From IMG/VR virus record IMGVR_UViG_3300021959_007005: 64,000 nt of DNA; one strand, given 5' to 3'. The position numbers were made by a program, and so were the translations under genes. Within the stretch, counting starts at the first letter, position 1. Each line of letters starts with the position of its first letter. The stretch is from a virus (lineage: Duplodnaviria; Caudoviricetes). Below the pieces are notes generated by a model. It made no database searches. It was given only the letters and a program-made list of their open reading frames with translations, and had not been told where the DNA came from. Shown here one piece after another: positions 8,278-16,903 of the stretch.

Positions 8278-8466
8278 ATGGACTTTAATACACTACAAAA
8301 CATCCAAGTCGAGGATGTCGACATGAAAGACTATCCAAAATTTTGTGATGCTTATATCGCGTCTGCTGAACATGCAGATGGAACAGAACTTACTGATGCT
8401 GAATTAGAGCTAGTAAACAGTGACTCTTCTTTCGTCTACCAAGAAATTCAAAATTTTATTTGGTAA
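8278..8466 (+). CDS. Hypothetical early protein
   Basis: Start reassigned to the ATG at 8278 (GGAG SD): MDFNTLQNIQVEDVDMKDYPKFCDAYIASAEHADG... Confidence 0.7.
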   Translation: MDFNTLQNIQVEDVDMKDYPKFCDAYIASAEHADGTELTDAELELVNSDSSFVYQEIQNFIW

Positions 8467-8480
8467 AACGAAAAAAGTGT

Positions 8481-8520
8481 TTGACAATGGTTGCACCATT
8501 TGCTATAGATAGTGCAACCA
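8481..8520 (+). promoter_or_regulatory. sigma70-type promoter with a different inverted repeat
   Basis: TTGACA-17 bp-TATAGA; TGGTTGCAC (8488-8496) and GTGCAACCA (8512-8520) flank the -10. Confidence 0.6.
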
Positions 8521-8534
8521 ACGGAGATGATGAA

Positions 8535-8714
8535 ATGACAAAGTTTAACATTATTTTAAACGGAACAACTACACTACCAACTGGTGAAGTTAAAACTTTT
8601 GTGAATGAAGTTGAAACTACAGAAGATTGTTATGGCAATGCAGCTGAGTTTGTTTGCCTTTATCAAGAGTTTTATCCAGAAATTGACTTTAAAATAGAAG
8701 AGGTAACTGTATAA
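8535..8714 (+). CDS. Hypothetical early protein
   Basis: Start reassigned to the ATG at 8535 after GGAG SD. Confidence 0.65.
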   Translation: MTKFNIILNGTTTLPTGEVKTFVNEVETTEDCYGNAAEFVCLYQEFYPEIDFKIEEVTV

Positions 8715-8806
8715 TGTTGGAAGCAATTAATAATTGGGCTATTAATACATTGAGTACTACAATGAGTTTAATTGTAGTGGCTGGTATATTGAGCATAATG
8801 TCATGA
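8714..8806 (+). CDS. Putative 30-aa membrane peptide
   Basis: Hand-translated MLEAINNWAINTLSTTMSLIVVAGILSIMS; start and stop overlap both neighbours. Confidence 0.45.
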   Translation: MLEAINNWAINTLSTTMSLIVVAGILSIMS

Positions 8807-9033
8807 TATCAATTCCAGGGATTACACAGCAACAGAAAAAGTTGTTGGATATTATGTGGGATCTTGATAATCAAGAAGATTTATTAACTTGGTTTGACAC
8901 ACTTGATGACGATGAATTCCAACAAGCGGTTACACTTCATGAAATGATACTCATTGCAATGATGGAACACGATGATCGTGACAATTTAAACTTAGCACAA
9001 AAAATGTTAGCAGATATTGGAGTAGTATGTTGA
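8803..9033 (+). CDS. Hypothetical protein
   Basis: 76-aa ORF, ATGA overlap with the upstream ORF. Confidence 0.65.
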   Translation: MISIPGITQQQKKLLDIMWDLDNQEDLLTWFDTLDDDEFQQAVTLHEMILIAMMEHDDRDNLNLAQKMLADIGVVC

Positions 9034-9554
9034 GCCGTTTGAAACTTATACTTGGTATATTTGCATTATCTATTAATGTGATGATACTGATAACTGTAAC
9101 TGCAATAGTGTCACTTCAGTGGAATGAAGCACGAGCTGAACAACGATTAAAGCATGTTACTTCTGATGACGTATTTTGTTTACAACAAAATATTTATTTT
9201 GAAGCCCGTAATCAGAGTGTGTTGGGACAAGTTGCGGTTGCTTGGGTTACTCTCAATCGAATGACCGATACGTCTTACCCTAACAGTGTTTGTAAAGTAG
9301 TTTGGCAAAATAAGCAATTCAGCTGGACCCATGACGGTAAAAGCGATAAGCCAGGTAAAACTAAACTAGAGCAACGTGCTTGGGAAGATGCTGGGCTTGT
9401 GGCACAGATTGTACTTCTTGATTGGGCTCGAGCAAATAATAGTCCTATTTCAGAAGCTATTATGTATCACGCTAATTATGTTGATCCATATTGGACAGAT
9501 TCTTACGTTGAAGTAATCGTTATTGATGATCATATTTTTTATGAAAAAGGCTAA
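9027..9554 (+). CDS. Cell wall hydrolase, SleB/Hydrolase_2 family, N-terminal anchor
   Basis: CLQQNIYFEARNQSVLGQVAVAWVTLNR...YPNSVCKVVWQNKQFSW...YHANYVDPYW...IDDHIFY. Confidence 0.9.
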   Translation: MLSRLKLILGIFALSINVMILITVTAIVSLQWNEARAEQRLKHVTSDDVFCLQQNIYFEARNQSVLGQVAVAWVTLNRMTDTSYPNSVCKVVWQNKQFSWTHDGKSDKPGKTKLEQRAWEDAGLVAQIVLLDWARANNSPISEAIMYHANYVDPYWTDSYVEVIVIDDHIFYEKG

Positions 9555-9664
9555 CCTTTATTTTATTTACAAACTTATTATATAATAATCCATACTTTTG
9601 CTAGATTGCATTCTATGACTTCTTACTATATAACGTAAGAGTAACTTAACAAAAAGGAAAGACA

Positions 9665-9853
9665 ATGCAAATTAACCCATTATGGATTATGTTCGCAGTA
9701 GTATTTGGTGGTCTGGGTATTTGGCTTATTGCATTAGATGCACTAATGCCAGGTTTCTTAATGTGCTCCGGTGTATTAGGTTGGTTGTTTATAGCAAACA
9801 ACACAGGTCAACTATGGATCGAAGATGAAGACGAGGAGTATGAAGATGACTAA
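9665..9853 (+). CDS. Small two-TM protein with acidic tail
   Basis: Two hydrophobic segments then EDEDEEYEDD; AAGGA SD. Confidence 0.65.
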   Translation: MQINPLWIMFAVVFGGLGIWLIALDALMPGFLMCSGVLGWLFIANNTGQLWIEDEDEEYEDD

Positions 9854-9932
9854 TGAAATTATTATCTTAATGGTTGCAATCCCGGTAGTAGTTGCTATTA
9901 TAGCAATGTGCATAGATGTAGGAGACAGGTAA
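9846..9932 (+). CDS. Putative 28-aa membrane peptide
   Basis: Hand-translated MTNEIIILMVAIPVVVAIIAMCIDVGDR; overlaps both neighbours. Confidence 0.5.
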   Translation: MTNEIIILMVAIPVVVAIIAMCIDVGDR

Positions 9933-10075
9933 TGGAATATCTAACATATGAATTGTTGCAAAGAGTTGCAATAGGGTTTCTTGTAGGAGTAGGACTAGGA
10001 TGTATGATAATGCAAGTGTCCGCACTAGTGTGGATGTATTGGGATATGTTTAAGAGTAAACGCAATGGATCTTAA
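9932..10075 (+). CDS. Putative 47-aa membrane peptide
   Basis: Hand-translated MEYLTYELLQRVAIGFLVGVGLGCMIMQVSALVWMYWDMFKSKRNGS; TAATG coupling, GGAG SD. Confidence 0.55.
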   Translation: MEYLTYELLQRVAIGFLVGVGLGCMIMQVSALVWMYWDMFKSKRNGS

Positions 10076-10295
10076 TATCGCACTATCTAACCTAGCAGAA
10101 ATTGTAGTTTTAATTGTTGGTTTTGGAGTATGTGGCATAGTTTTTGCACATATGATGTCACTAGCAGATGTATCAACCAGACATGAAGATGATTATGAAG
10201 ATGAAGATGATTATGAAGATGATGATCTGTTTGAAGACGACGAGTTTACTGAAATGGATCGAGAAGACGAAGCTGAACTACAACGTATAGCATAA
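10065..10295 (+). CDS. Single-TM protein with highly acidic tail
   Basis: IVVLIVGFGVCGIVFA then EDDYEDEDDYEDDDLFEDDE. Confidence 0.65.
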   Translation: MDLNIALSNLAEIVVLIVGFGVCGIVFAHMMSLADVSTRHEDDYEDEDDYEDDDLFEDDEFTEMDREDEAELQRIA

Positions 10296-10303
10296 AGTAA
10301 TCA

Positions 10304-10328
10304 AAGGCACATCACTTGTGCCTTTTTT
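10304..10328 (+). terminator. Rho-independent terminator
   Basis: AAGGCACA-tcact-TGTGCCTT followed by a T run; TTGACA begins at 10330. Confidence 0.75.
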
Positions 10329-10363
10329 ATTGACAATAATTATCTTTATGTTACAATTTATAT

Positions 10364-11083
10364 ATGCTTATGAAAAATAAAGAAACAATATTAACATTCT
10401 ACCAAAAAGATAATCCAGTATTCGCTGAAGTATTTGCTCCTCGAACTAAACTTTATCCAGATTGGTGGCGATCATTAAAAGAATCCAAATCAGACACAAG
10501 TCGAAGTTTACATGATATTGTACCAACTATGAAAACGTGTCCAGGGTTTGTTGACTTATTAAGTACTGCTATTGCTATACCTATGTGGAGAGAAATAAAA
10601 ATCACATATGACACTCGAATTAGGAAAATAGAGATAGCTGGTGTTAATACTGACCAAGAACTAAGTGAACAGGCTGAAACTCATCCAAGTGTACAGTATG
10701 GAAATAATTTTAGTGATAGTATACATTTAAAATTAAAAAGTCCTTGGCTGACAGTCTGTAATGATAGAACAGAGTTTTTATTGCTGGATGCAACTTGGCA
10801 TCGGAATGAATTTTCTAATTATACAGTATTGCCTGGGAAATTAGAATTTAAATTTCAACACTCAGCGCATGTTAATCTATTCATACCAAAAAGTAAAGAA
10901 ACTAAGACATTCACAATAGAGCCAGGAACTCCAATTTGTTATCTATTACCATTAACAGATAAAGATATAAATATTGAGATTAAAACAGTTACTTGGGAAG
11001 AATGGCGCAGATTATTTCGACCTTGGATATGGTTCAGAGGCGGCTATACAAAACTAAAAAAATTATTTGATAAAGGAATTTAA
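10364..11083 (+). CDS. Conserved hypothetical phage protein (possible dUTPase-like beta fold)
   Basis: TMKTCPGFVDLL and IEPGTPICYLLP motifs typical of a family often found beside phage 2OG oxygenases; function not established. Confidence 0.55.
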   Translation: MLMKNKETILTFYQKDNPVFAEVFAPRTKLYPDWWRSLKESKSDTSRSLHDIVPTMKTCPGFVDLLSTAIAIPMWREIKITYDTRIRKIEIAGVNTDQELSEQAETHPSVQYGNNFSDSIHLKLKSPWLTVCNDRTEFLLLDATWHRNEFSNYTVLPGKLEFKFQHSAHVNLFIPKSKETKTFTIEPGTPICYLLPLTDKDINIEIKTVTWEEWRRLFRPWIWFRGGYTKLKKLFDKGI

Positions 11084-11084
11084 T

Positions 11085-11666
11085 ATGCATCTATTTCCAA
11101 TACTAATTTATGACCATGTTGTTGGGTTCGAGGAAGGTCAAAATATACAGACTGAGGCAGAATGGTTATACGAGAAAGCCCTACAAACTGGATTTTCAAA
11201 ACATCCTGGCTGGGAGAAAAATACTCACAGTCTCAGTGATCCTACCTTTGAAGAAAATATATTACATAAGCATCGATGTTATCATTTAATAGATAAAATT
11301 AATGAGTGTGTTAAAGAATATACTGATCAGTTACAGTCAGTACATAATGGATGGAAAATTACATCCAGTTGGTTAACTAGTACTGCACCTGGTGAGTATG
11401 CTAGACTGCATGACCATGGAACATCAGATATTTCTGGCGTCTATTATATTAAAACTCATACTGATACAGCTGGTAACATTTATTTTATAAGTCCTCTCGC
11501 AGTTACAAGAGCAACAAATTTAATGGTCAATTCACCAAGCCAACACGATATGCCGCCAGGAGTGCAATCTTTGTATCTATTTCCAGGATGGTTACAACAT
11601 GGTACACGTATAAACCAATGGGATCAAGATAGAATTAGTTTAAGTTTTAATGTAGATTTTCTTTAA
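11085..11666 (+). CDS. 2OG-Fe(II) oxygenase, TIGR02466-like phage family
   Basis: WLT...HDHGTSDISGVYY...LFPGWLQHGT...RISLSFN (H-x-H...H...RxS); start reassigned to 11085. Confidence 0.85.
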   Translation: MHLFPILIYDHVVGFEEGQNIQTEAEWLYEKALQTGFSKHPGWEKNTHSLSDPTFEENILHKHRCYHLIDKINECVKEYTDQLQSVHNGWKITSSWLTSTAPGEYARLHDHGTSDISGVYYIKTHTDTAGNIYFISPLAVTRATNLMVNSPSQHDMPPGVQSLYLFPGWLQHGTRINQWDQDRISLSFNVDFL

Positions 11667-11672
11667 TAGTTG

Positions 11673-11701
11673 TTGACACCAAGACGTATTGGTGTTAGAA
11701 C
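11673..11701 (+). promoter_or_regulatory. Early promoter with 18-bp dyad in spacer
   Basis: TTGACA-CCAAGACGTATTGGTGT-TAGAAC. Confidence 0.8.
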
Positions 11702-11738
11702 ATGTATATAGAAACAACGTAACACGGAGAAGATCAAA

Positions 11739-12146
11739 ATGGCATATGTATCACAAGCGATGAAAAAAGAATTAGCACCAGGCATTAAAGCTGTACTGAA
11801 AAAGTACAAAACCAAAGCCAGCATTAGTGTTAATAATCACTCAACAATTTGTGTAAACATTAAGAGCGGTCCAATTGACTTTATTGGCGAAGCTAATAAA
11901 AAGAATATGGAGATCGCAGAACGCCGTGGAACACCATACTATGAAAATGATGGATACATTCAAGTCAATGATTGCTATCCTGAAACATACGGTGCCGCTA
12001 GTGACTTCCTAGTAGAGCTTGTAGCTGCTATGAAAGGTCCAAAGTACTTTAATAATGACGACACAATGACTGATTATTTTAGTCGTTCACATTACACTGA
12101 CATTAATGTTGGTAAGTGGAACAAGCCATACGAGTGTGTGGCTTAA
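11739..12146 (+). CDS. Conserved hypothetical early protein
   Basis: 135 aa, GGAG SD, directly after the dyad promoter. Confidence 0.75.
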   Translation: MAYVSQAMKKELAPGIKAVLKKYKTKASISVNNHSTICVNIKSGPIDFIGEANKKNMEIAERRGTPYYENDGYIQVNDCYPETYGAASDFLVELVAAMKGPKYFNNDDTMTDYFSRSHYTDINVGKWNKPYECVA

Positions 12147-12159
12147 TAAGGAAAATTAA

Positions 12160-12375
12160 ATGAATCCCGAAGATAGAAAAGACTTTACAGTAGAAGAAAT
12201 ACAAAACAGACATGGTAAAACTAAATGGGCAGTAATGATAGCTAGTAAGTATACTCATAGTATCTGTCATACTTTAGATGATGCAAATAAAATGGCTAGT
12301 AACTTAAATCTAGATCCGTATCACTATGATCGTATAGTTAACAATCATCGTTCTAAGACTTATTATAATAGTTGA
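12160..12375 (+). CDS. Hypothetical protein
   Basis: 71 aa, AAGGA SD. Confidence 0.65.
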   Translation: MNPEDRKDFTVEEIQNRHGKTKWAVMIASKYTHSICHTLDDANKMASNLNLDPYHYDRIVNNHRSKTYYNS

Positions 12376-12377
12376 AA

Positions 12378-12421
12378 AATAAAAAGGCTGATTTCCTACC
12401 AGGGTTTTCAGTCTTTTATTT
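12378..12421. terminator. Probable bidirectional terminator between convergent genes
   Basis: AATAAAAAGGCTGA ... TCAGTCTTTTATT inverted arms with A/T tails on both sides. Confidence 0.6.
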
Positions 12422-12425
12422 CATG

Positions 12426-12656
12426 TTATTTGCGTTCCCAGATTTGATATAACACCCAGATTGCGATTAAGCCCATTAGGCCTTCCGCTCCAAGTGAACC
12501 GAGCATACTACTAACATTTGCAATAACACTCACTTCTGGAAAAAATGGGATCGCACCAACGCCAAGTACTTCTACTATGATCATTAATGCCGCGATGCTG
12601 ATACCAAGATCAGCTAGTCCTCCGGCCCACGCTCTTACTTTATTCAGTATATCCAT
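12426..12656 (-). CDS. Small membrane protein (2 TM)
   Basis: 76 aa, GGAGG SD; LGISIAALMIIVEVLGVG and GLMGLIAIWVLYQIW segments. Confidence 0.75.
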   Translation of the reverse strand: MDILNKVRAWAGGLADLGISIAALMIIVEVLGVGAIPFFPEVSVIANVSSMLGSLGAEGLMGLIAIWVLYQIWERK

Positions 12657-12740
12657 TATATACCTCCTTTTTCAGTTAGATAGGTTTTAAACCTACAAGT
12701 ATATTTACATAAAAAAGGTGAAAAAAAGTGAAAAAACTGC

Positions 12741-12769
12741 TTGACGCCAAAACGTCTTGGTGCTATAAA
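12741..12769 (+). promoter_or_regulatory. Early promoter with dyad spacer and phased upstream A-tracts
   Basis: TTGACG-CCAAAACGTCTTGGTGC-TATAAA; A6-7 tracts begin at 12711, 12721 and 12731 (10-bp phase, UP-element-like). Confidence 0.8.
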
Positions 12770-12801
12770 GTGTGAGTAAGTTAAACAAATGAGGTACTAA
12801 A

Positions 12802-13143
12802 ATGCAAGAACAGATTCAAACATTGATCCAAAAAGCCAAAGCAGACTACACAAAATTTGCTACTGCTGGCGGACGTGGTGAACCAGAAGCAGGTAGCTAC
12901 TTTGCTAAAGAACTTGCTAACTTTGAAAATAGTTTTACTGTTAAAGAAGGCAGTAAGTATATCAAACTAATCCGAGGCGGAGGTGTTTGGGGCTTTATTG
13001 TTAACACAGACAACGATAAAAAGTTTGTTAAAGGTGATATCCTTAAAGCCGCAGGTTATAATGCTCCAGCTCGTAACGCTGCACGTGGCAATGTTTTTGG
13101 TGAATACAATGTAGCATGGACTGGCCCACATTATTTGAAATAA
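12802..13143 (+). CDS. Conserved hypothetical T4-like phage early protein
   Basis: GSKYIKLI...VWGFI...KGDILKAAGYNAPARNAARGNVF pattern; GAGG SD. Confidence 0.75.
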   Translation: MQEQIQTLIQKAKADYTKFATAGGRGEPEAGSYFAKELANFENSFTVKEGSKYIKLIRGGGVWGFIVNTDNDKKFVKGDILKAAGYNAPARNAARGNVFGEYNVAWTGPHYLK

Positions 13144-13152
13144 GGAAATAAA

Positions 13153-13245
13153 ATGACTCAAGTAGCGTTATGGAGAACAATACATTGTGCAATAATTGGT
13201 ATGTTAGGTATTACACCAATTATTGCACTACTTTTAATATTATAA
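13153..13245 (+). CDS. Putative 30-aa membrane peptide
   Basis: Hand-translated MTQVALWRTIHCAIIGMLGITPIIALLLIL; AAGGA SD. Confidence 0.5.
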   Translation: MTQVALWRTIHCAIIGMLGITPIIALLLIL

Positions 13246-13251
13246 AAACAG

Positions 13252-13280
13252 TTGACACCAATACGTATTGGTGTTAAAAC
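13252..13280 (+). promoter_or_regulatory. Early promoter with perfect dyad spacer
   Basis: TTGACA-CCAATACGTATTGGTGT-TAAAAC; ACACCAATACGTATTGGTGT (13255-13274) is a perfect 20-bp palindrome. Confidence 0.8.
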
Positions 13281-13311
13281 ATGTATATAAATTAAACAAA
13301 CGGAGTTGAAA

Positions 13312-13815
13312 ATGTCTGTAATTGATAAAGCATTTGCATTTGCCACCGCAGCACACGCCGCAGTTGGACAAAAAAGAAAGTATGATGGTGCACCTTACAT
13401 TGTTCATCCTCAGAGAGTTGCTGATATTGTTAGAACATATGGAGGCAGTGACGATCAGATTGCCGCCGCTTACCTACATGATGTTGTGGAGGATACACAA
13501 GTTGACATTGATACTATTCGTGACATGTTTGGCGATACTATCGCTGATTTGGTTTCAGACCTTACAGATGTGTCTTGTTCCTATGATGGCAATAGAGCAA
13601 CCAGAAAATCAATAGACATGGAGCACACACTCTGTGGCAGTGTTGATGCACAGTTTGTTAAACTGGCTGATATATTGGATAACAGTCAGGACATCAAAGA
13701 AAATGATCCTAGTTTTTGGAAAGTATACCAAAAGGAAATGCTTGCACTATTAGAAGGAATGACAGATTGTACTATGTTCCCTCTATATGCTAAAGCATTG
13801 GACAGTGTTAGTTAA
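13312..13815 (+). CDS. Stand-alone HD-domain hydrolase, Mesh1/SpoT-hydrolase ((p)ppGpp hydrolase) family
   Basis: AFAFATAAH..GQKRKYDGAPYIVHP..VA...AAAYLHDVVEDT...VKLADILDN; no synthetase domain. Confidence 0.85.
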   Translation: MSVIDKAFAFATAAHAAVGQKRKYDGAPYIVHPQRVADIVRTYGGSDDQIAAAYLHDVVEDTQVDIDTIRDMFGDTIADLVSDLTDVSCSYDGNRATRKSIDMEHTLCGSVDAQFVKLADILDNSQDIKENDPSFWKVYQKEMLALLEGMTDCTMFPLYAKALDSVS

Positions 13816-13818
13816 TAA

Positions 13819-14589
13819 TTAACTTGGTTTAATTCCAGATAATGTTTTGAGATCGTCAATTGAAGAATCATCAGAACCCATTCTTTTTCCTTGCGTAGCA
13901 CTAGTGTTTGCTGGAAATTTATCAGTGGGTTCTGATTTAGCTTTTTCTGCTTCAGCGGCCTTTAATTCAGATAATCTTGGAAGGTCTGCATATCCACCCT
14001 TTGCATTAATTTTTTTAACTTCATCATCTGATAGTACTCTATTAATCATCATGTTACCAGAAATAATCCAATTTCCTGTCATGTTATTATTTGTTTTAAA
14101 TCTATAATGTCCGCCCAATGGTATTTGGTCAGTAATAGCTTTACTTTTTGCACTGATTTGACCTTTAAACGGTCCACTTTTTAATACAGTACCTTTTGCA
14201 TCAGCTCTCGCCTGCCAATCAACTTCGTCACTCATTAATACTTCTGCCCATACTTGGTTATCTGGTCTGTAATCTGGCTCTGCTTGACCTTTGCCTTTAC
14301 TCTTACCACCAATATGTGTTGCCATTGGATAATCACCTGCATGCCAACCTGGACGATATGCTAAATCACCTAATTTAGATTTAACCATTCTTCCACCACT
14401 TTTATTATCTTTAGCACGTTCACCTTCTTCAGCAGTTTTCCATACACCCATTTCTACTGGTATATTTTTATTCACATATAATGGATATAATTTTCCACCT
14501 TTTGTATTGAATAATTTGTATGCTTTAATGGTTTTACCTTCAAATTCATTAATTTGGGTTTCCTTAAGGTACTCTTTTAAATTTTTCAT
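13819..14589 (-). CDS. Hypothetical late/virion-type protein with RPGWH-containing domain
   Basis: N-terminus MKNLKEYLKETQINE, core LAYRPGWHAGDYPMATHIG...PDYRPDNQVWAEV, C-terminus DDLKTLSGIKPS; ATAAATA-like box upstream. Confidence 0.7.
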   Translation of the reverse strand: MKNLKEYLKETQINEFEGKTIKAYKLFNTKGGKLYPLYVNKNIPVEMGVWKTAEEGERAKDNKSGGRMVKSKLGDLAYRPGWHAGDYPMATHIGGKSKGKGQAEPDYRPDNQVWAEVLMSDEVDWQARADAKGTVLKSGPFKGQISAKSKAITDQIPLGGHYRFKTNNNMTGNWIISGNMMINRVLSDDEVKKINAKGGYADLPRLSELKAAEAEKAKSEPTDKFPANTSATQGKRMGSDDSSIDDLKTLSGIKPS

Positions 14590-14677
14590 GACGATATCCT
14601 TGTTATGTTTATTTATTCTTTTATTGACAACTATTATAAAATAGTATATTGATAGTTAGAGAGTTTAAATAAAAGAG

Positions 14678-15793
14678 GTGAGAATAATGCAGAATATAGT
14701 TAGTTTAAACAGCCTTTACAAAAGAGATTCAAAAGGCAAAGTTCGTATTTGGACTATAGAGTTTGGATACGACAATGAAGATACAGCAGGTATCCGCAGT
14801 ATTAGCGGGTTAGTTGATGGCGAGAAGATCACAAGTGTTTGGAACATAAGTGAAGCAAAGAACGTAGGACGTTCAAATGCCACTACTGCAAGAGAGCAAG
14901 CACAAGATGAAGCACATGCACAGTGGACTAAAAAAGCTGACAAAGAATATTTTGCAGACGTAAACAAAATCGATACGTATGAAAAGTTCAAGCCAATGCT
15001 TGCACATGATTATACCAAGCGTCCACAAAGCGAAGGTTACAGTCAACCTAAACTAGATGGTATCCGTTGTGTAGCAGATGCTAACGGACTATGGACACGT
15101 AGCGGCAAAGCCATTACAAGTTGTCCGCATGTTTGGGAAAGTGTAAAGCCATTTATTGACGCTAATCCAGGCATTGTACTGGATGGTGAGCTTTACAATC
15201 ACGACCTTAAAGCAGACTTTCAAAAGATTGTTAGCCTTGTGCGTAAAGTAAAATGTCGTCCAGAAGAGATTGCAGAAAGTGCAGAGCTTGTGCAGTATCA
15301 CGTATATGATTGCTATATCCCAGACATGGAGTTCGCAGACCGTATCAAAATTGCCAAAGGTGCAAAAAGTGATGTTGTACATATTGTACAAACAGATTAT
15401 GCTAGTTTCCAGGAGGAACTAGATGCACTGTACAGCGATTATATGGAACGTGGATATGAAGGACAAATGATCCGCAATAACACACCATACGAATGTAAAC
15501 GTAGCAAAAATCTACTCAAGCGTAAAGAGTTTATCACAGAAGAGTTTGACGTAGTAGAGGTAATAGAAGGACAAGGTGCATGGACTGGATATGCAAAACG
15601 TTTTGTTCTTGCAATGCCAGATGGCACACAGTTTGGCAGTGGAGTACGTGGCACTCAAGCACAACTCAAAGAGCTGTTGGAAACGGAAGTAAAACCCAAT
15701 TGGGTTACTTGTAGATTCTTCGAATACAGCAACGACGGTGTACCTCGCTTTCCAGTAGTAATTGATTATGGTGTAGGAGTACGTAATGATTGA
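14678..15793 (+). CDS. ATP-dependent DNA ligase
   Basis: KPMLAH...QPKLDGIRC (motif I), LDGELY (III), YHVYD (IIIa), YEGQMIR (IV), LLKRK (V), OB-fold PRFP; TTGACA at 14624 upstream. Confidence 0.95.
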   Translation: MRIMQNIVSLNSLYKRDSKGKVRIWTIEFGYDNEDTAGIRSISGLVDGEKITSVWNISEAKNVGRSNATTAREQAQDEAHAQWTKKADKEYFADVNKIDTYEKFKPMLAHDYTKRPQSEGYSQPKLDGIRCVADANGLWTRSGKAITSCPHVWESVKPFIDANPGIVLDGELYNHDLKADFQKIVSLVRKVKCRPEEIAESAELVQYHVYDCYIPDMEFADRIKIAKGAKSDVVHIVQTDYASFQEELDALYSDYMERGYEGQMIRNNTPYECKRSKNLLKRKEFITEEFDVVEVIEGQGAWTGYAKRFVLAMPDGTQFGSGVRGTQAQLKELLETEVKPNWVTCRFFEYSNDGVPRFPVVIDYGVGVRND

Positions 15794-16070
15794 ATCAGTT
15801 AAACAATTTTTTAAAGATAGTTATACACTGTCACCATTGGCATTTTACTGTGAACTAGTTGAGGCAGTAATGCTAATAGGTGCTAGTGCAGTACTAACAT
15901 TTACTGTGCTAGATCCAGCAACTAAAATCTTCATTCCAATGTATTTGGTAGGCAGTATACTTGGTGTGATTAGTACTTGGATTAGGCGGGCTGGATTTGC
16001 TATTGTTCTGACACTTTGGTTTGTTGTAATGAATAGCATTGCTATGGTGCAATTATTTGTATTAAGCTAA
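15786..16070 (+). CDS. Small polytopic membrane protein
   Basis: Three hydrophobic segments in 94 aa. Confidence 0.7.
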   Translation: MIESVKQFFKDSYTLSPLAFYCELVEAVMLIGASAVLTFTVLDPATKIFIPMYLVGSILGVISTWIRRAGFAIVLTLWFVVMNSIAMVQLFVLS

Positions 16071-16101
16071 ATAATGATATACATGTATTAAAGGAAAAAT
16101 A

Positions 16102-16575
16102 ATGGACGATTTAAATAGAGTAAGAGAACTGGCAGGAGTGCCATTATTAGAGTCTCACGTTAGTTCAGAAATTGAGTCAGCAGAAGTAGTAGAAAAAGAA
16201 ACTACTGAAGAAGAAGCAGTCGACGAAGCGGGTGATTATTATACTAAAGGTGTTTGGAAATTAATTGATGCACATGGTGCCGATGCAGTACTAAGAGAAA
16301 TGCTGCGATTTTTACATGCTGATGTGATTCAAGATTTTACAAACCATGTGCATGATGCAGATGCTATGTCATTTGAATCAACAGCTAATGAAGGCGAGAC
16401 AAAACCCAAATTTGTGTTTACAGTAATTAATTCTAATACGTTGCTAATTGTTAACGATAACACAGGGGAGCAACGTTATGCAAACAATGTTACGCTGCCG
16501 TCGCTGTATGATGTAACACAAGCACAACTTGCAAAATTATTTAAAACTGGAACACATTCAGACGCTCGGTCTTAG
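16102..16575 (+). CDS. Hypothetical late/virion-type protein
   Basis: CTAAATAA box and AAGGA SD; N-terminal LNRVRELAGVPLLE motif, Glu-rich linker. Confidence 0.7.
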   Translation: MDDLNRVRELAGVPLLESHVSSEIESAEVVEKETTEEEAVDEAGDYYTKGVWKLIDAHGADAVLREMLRFLHADVIQDFTNHVHDADAMSFESTANEGETKPKFVFTVINSNTLLIVNDNTGEQRYANNVTLPSLYDVTQAQLAKLFKTGTHSDARS

Positions 16576-16669
16576 TAACTTTTGCCACTAATATCCTCAG
16601 TTGACCCATGGAAAAGGTCACTACGGCAAGAAGAAAAAGTAATATAAACAAGAAGTCAACGACGAAGAT

Positions 16670-16697
16670 AGCGAAGGATTAAACCTTCGCTTTTTTC
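16670..16697 (+). terminator. Rho-independent terminator abutting an early promoter
   Basis: AGCGAAGG-attaaa-CCTTCGCT plus T run. Confidence 0.8.
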
Positions 16698-16726
16698 TTG
16701 ACATCAATACGTCTTGGTGCTATTGT
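16698..16726 (+). promoter_or_regulatory. Early promoter with dyad spacer
   Basis: TTGACA-TCAATACGTCTTGGTGC-TATTGT. Confidence 0.8.
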
Positions 16727-16757
16727 GAAGATAAGTTAAACAAAGCGAGGTGCCAAA

Positions 16758-16901
16758 ATGTATACAGTAGAATATGGATACTATAACTACCCAAAAAAGA
16801 TACGCACTTTCAAAACATATGAAAGCGCCAAAAAGTTTTTTTACTACATCGGAAAACAAAACGGTGTGAAAAAAGCAGAACTCACAGTACCAGGATCATA
16901 A
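16758..16901 (+). CDS. Hypothetical 47-aa early protein
   Basis: Hand-translated MYTVEYGYYNYPKKIRTFKTYESAKKFFYYIGKQNGVKKAELTVPGS; GAGGT SD after the dyad promoter. Confidence 0.65.
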   Translation: MYTVEYGYYNYPKKIRTFKTYESAKKFFYYIGKQNGVKKAELTVPGS

Positions 16902-16903
16902 TA

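Noticed and set aside
13312-13815. Bifunctional RelA/SpoT
   Set aside because: Only the HD hydrolase domain is present (168 aa); there are no synthetase motifs.
16573-16647. Stop readthrough extending the 16102 ORF (in-frame LLPLISSVDPWKRSLRQEEKVI after TAG TAA)
   Set aside because: A tandem double stop and only 22 open codons are compatible with chance; nothing else suggests recoding.
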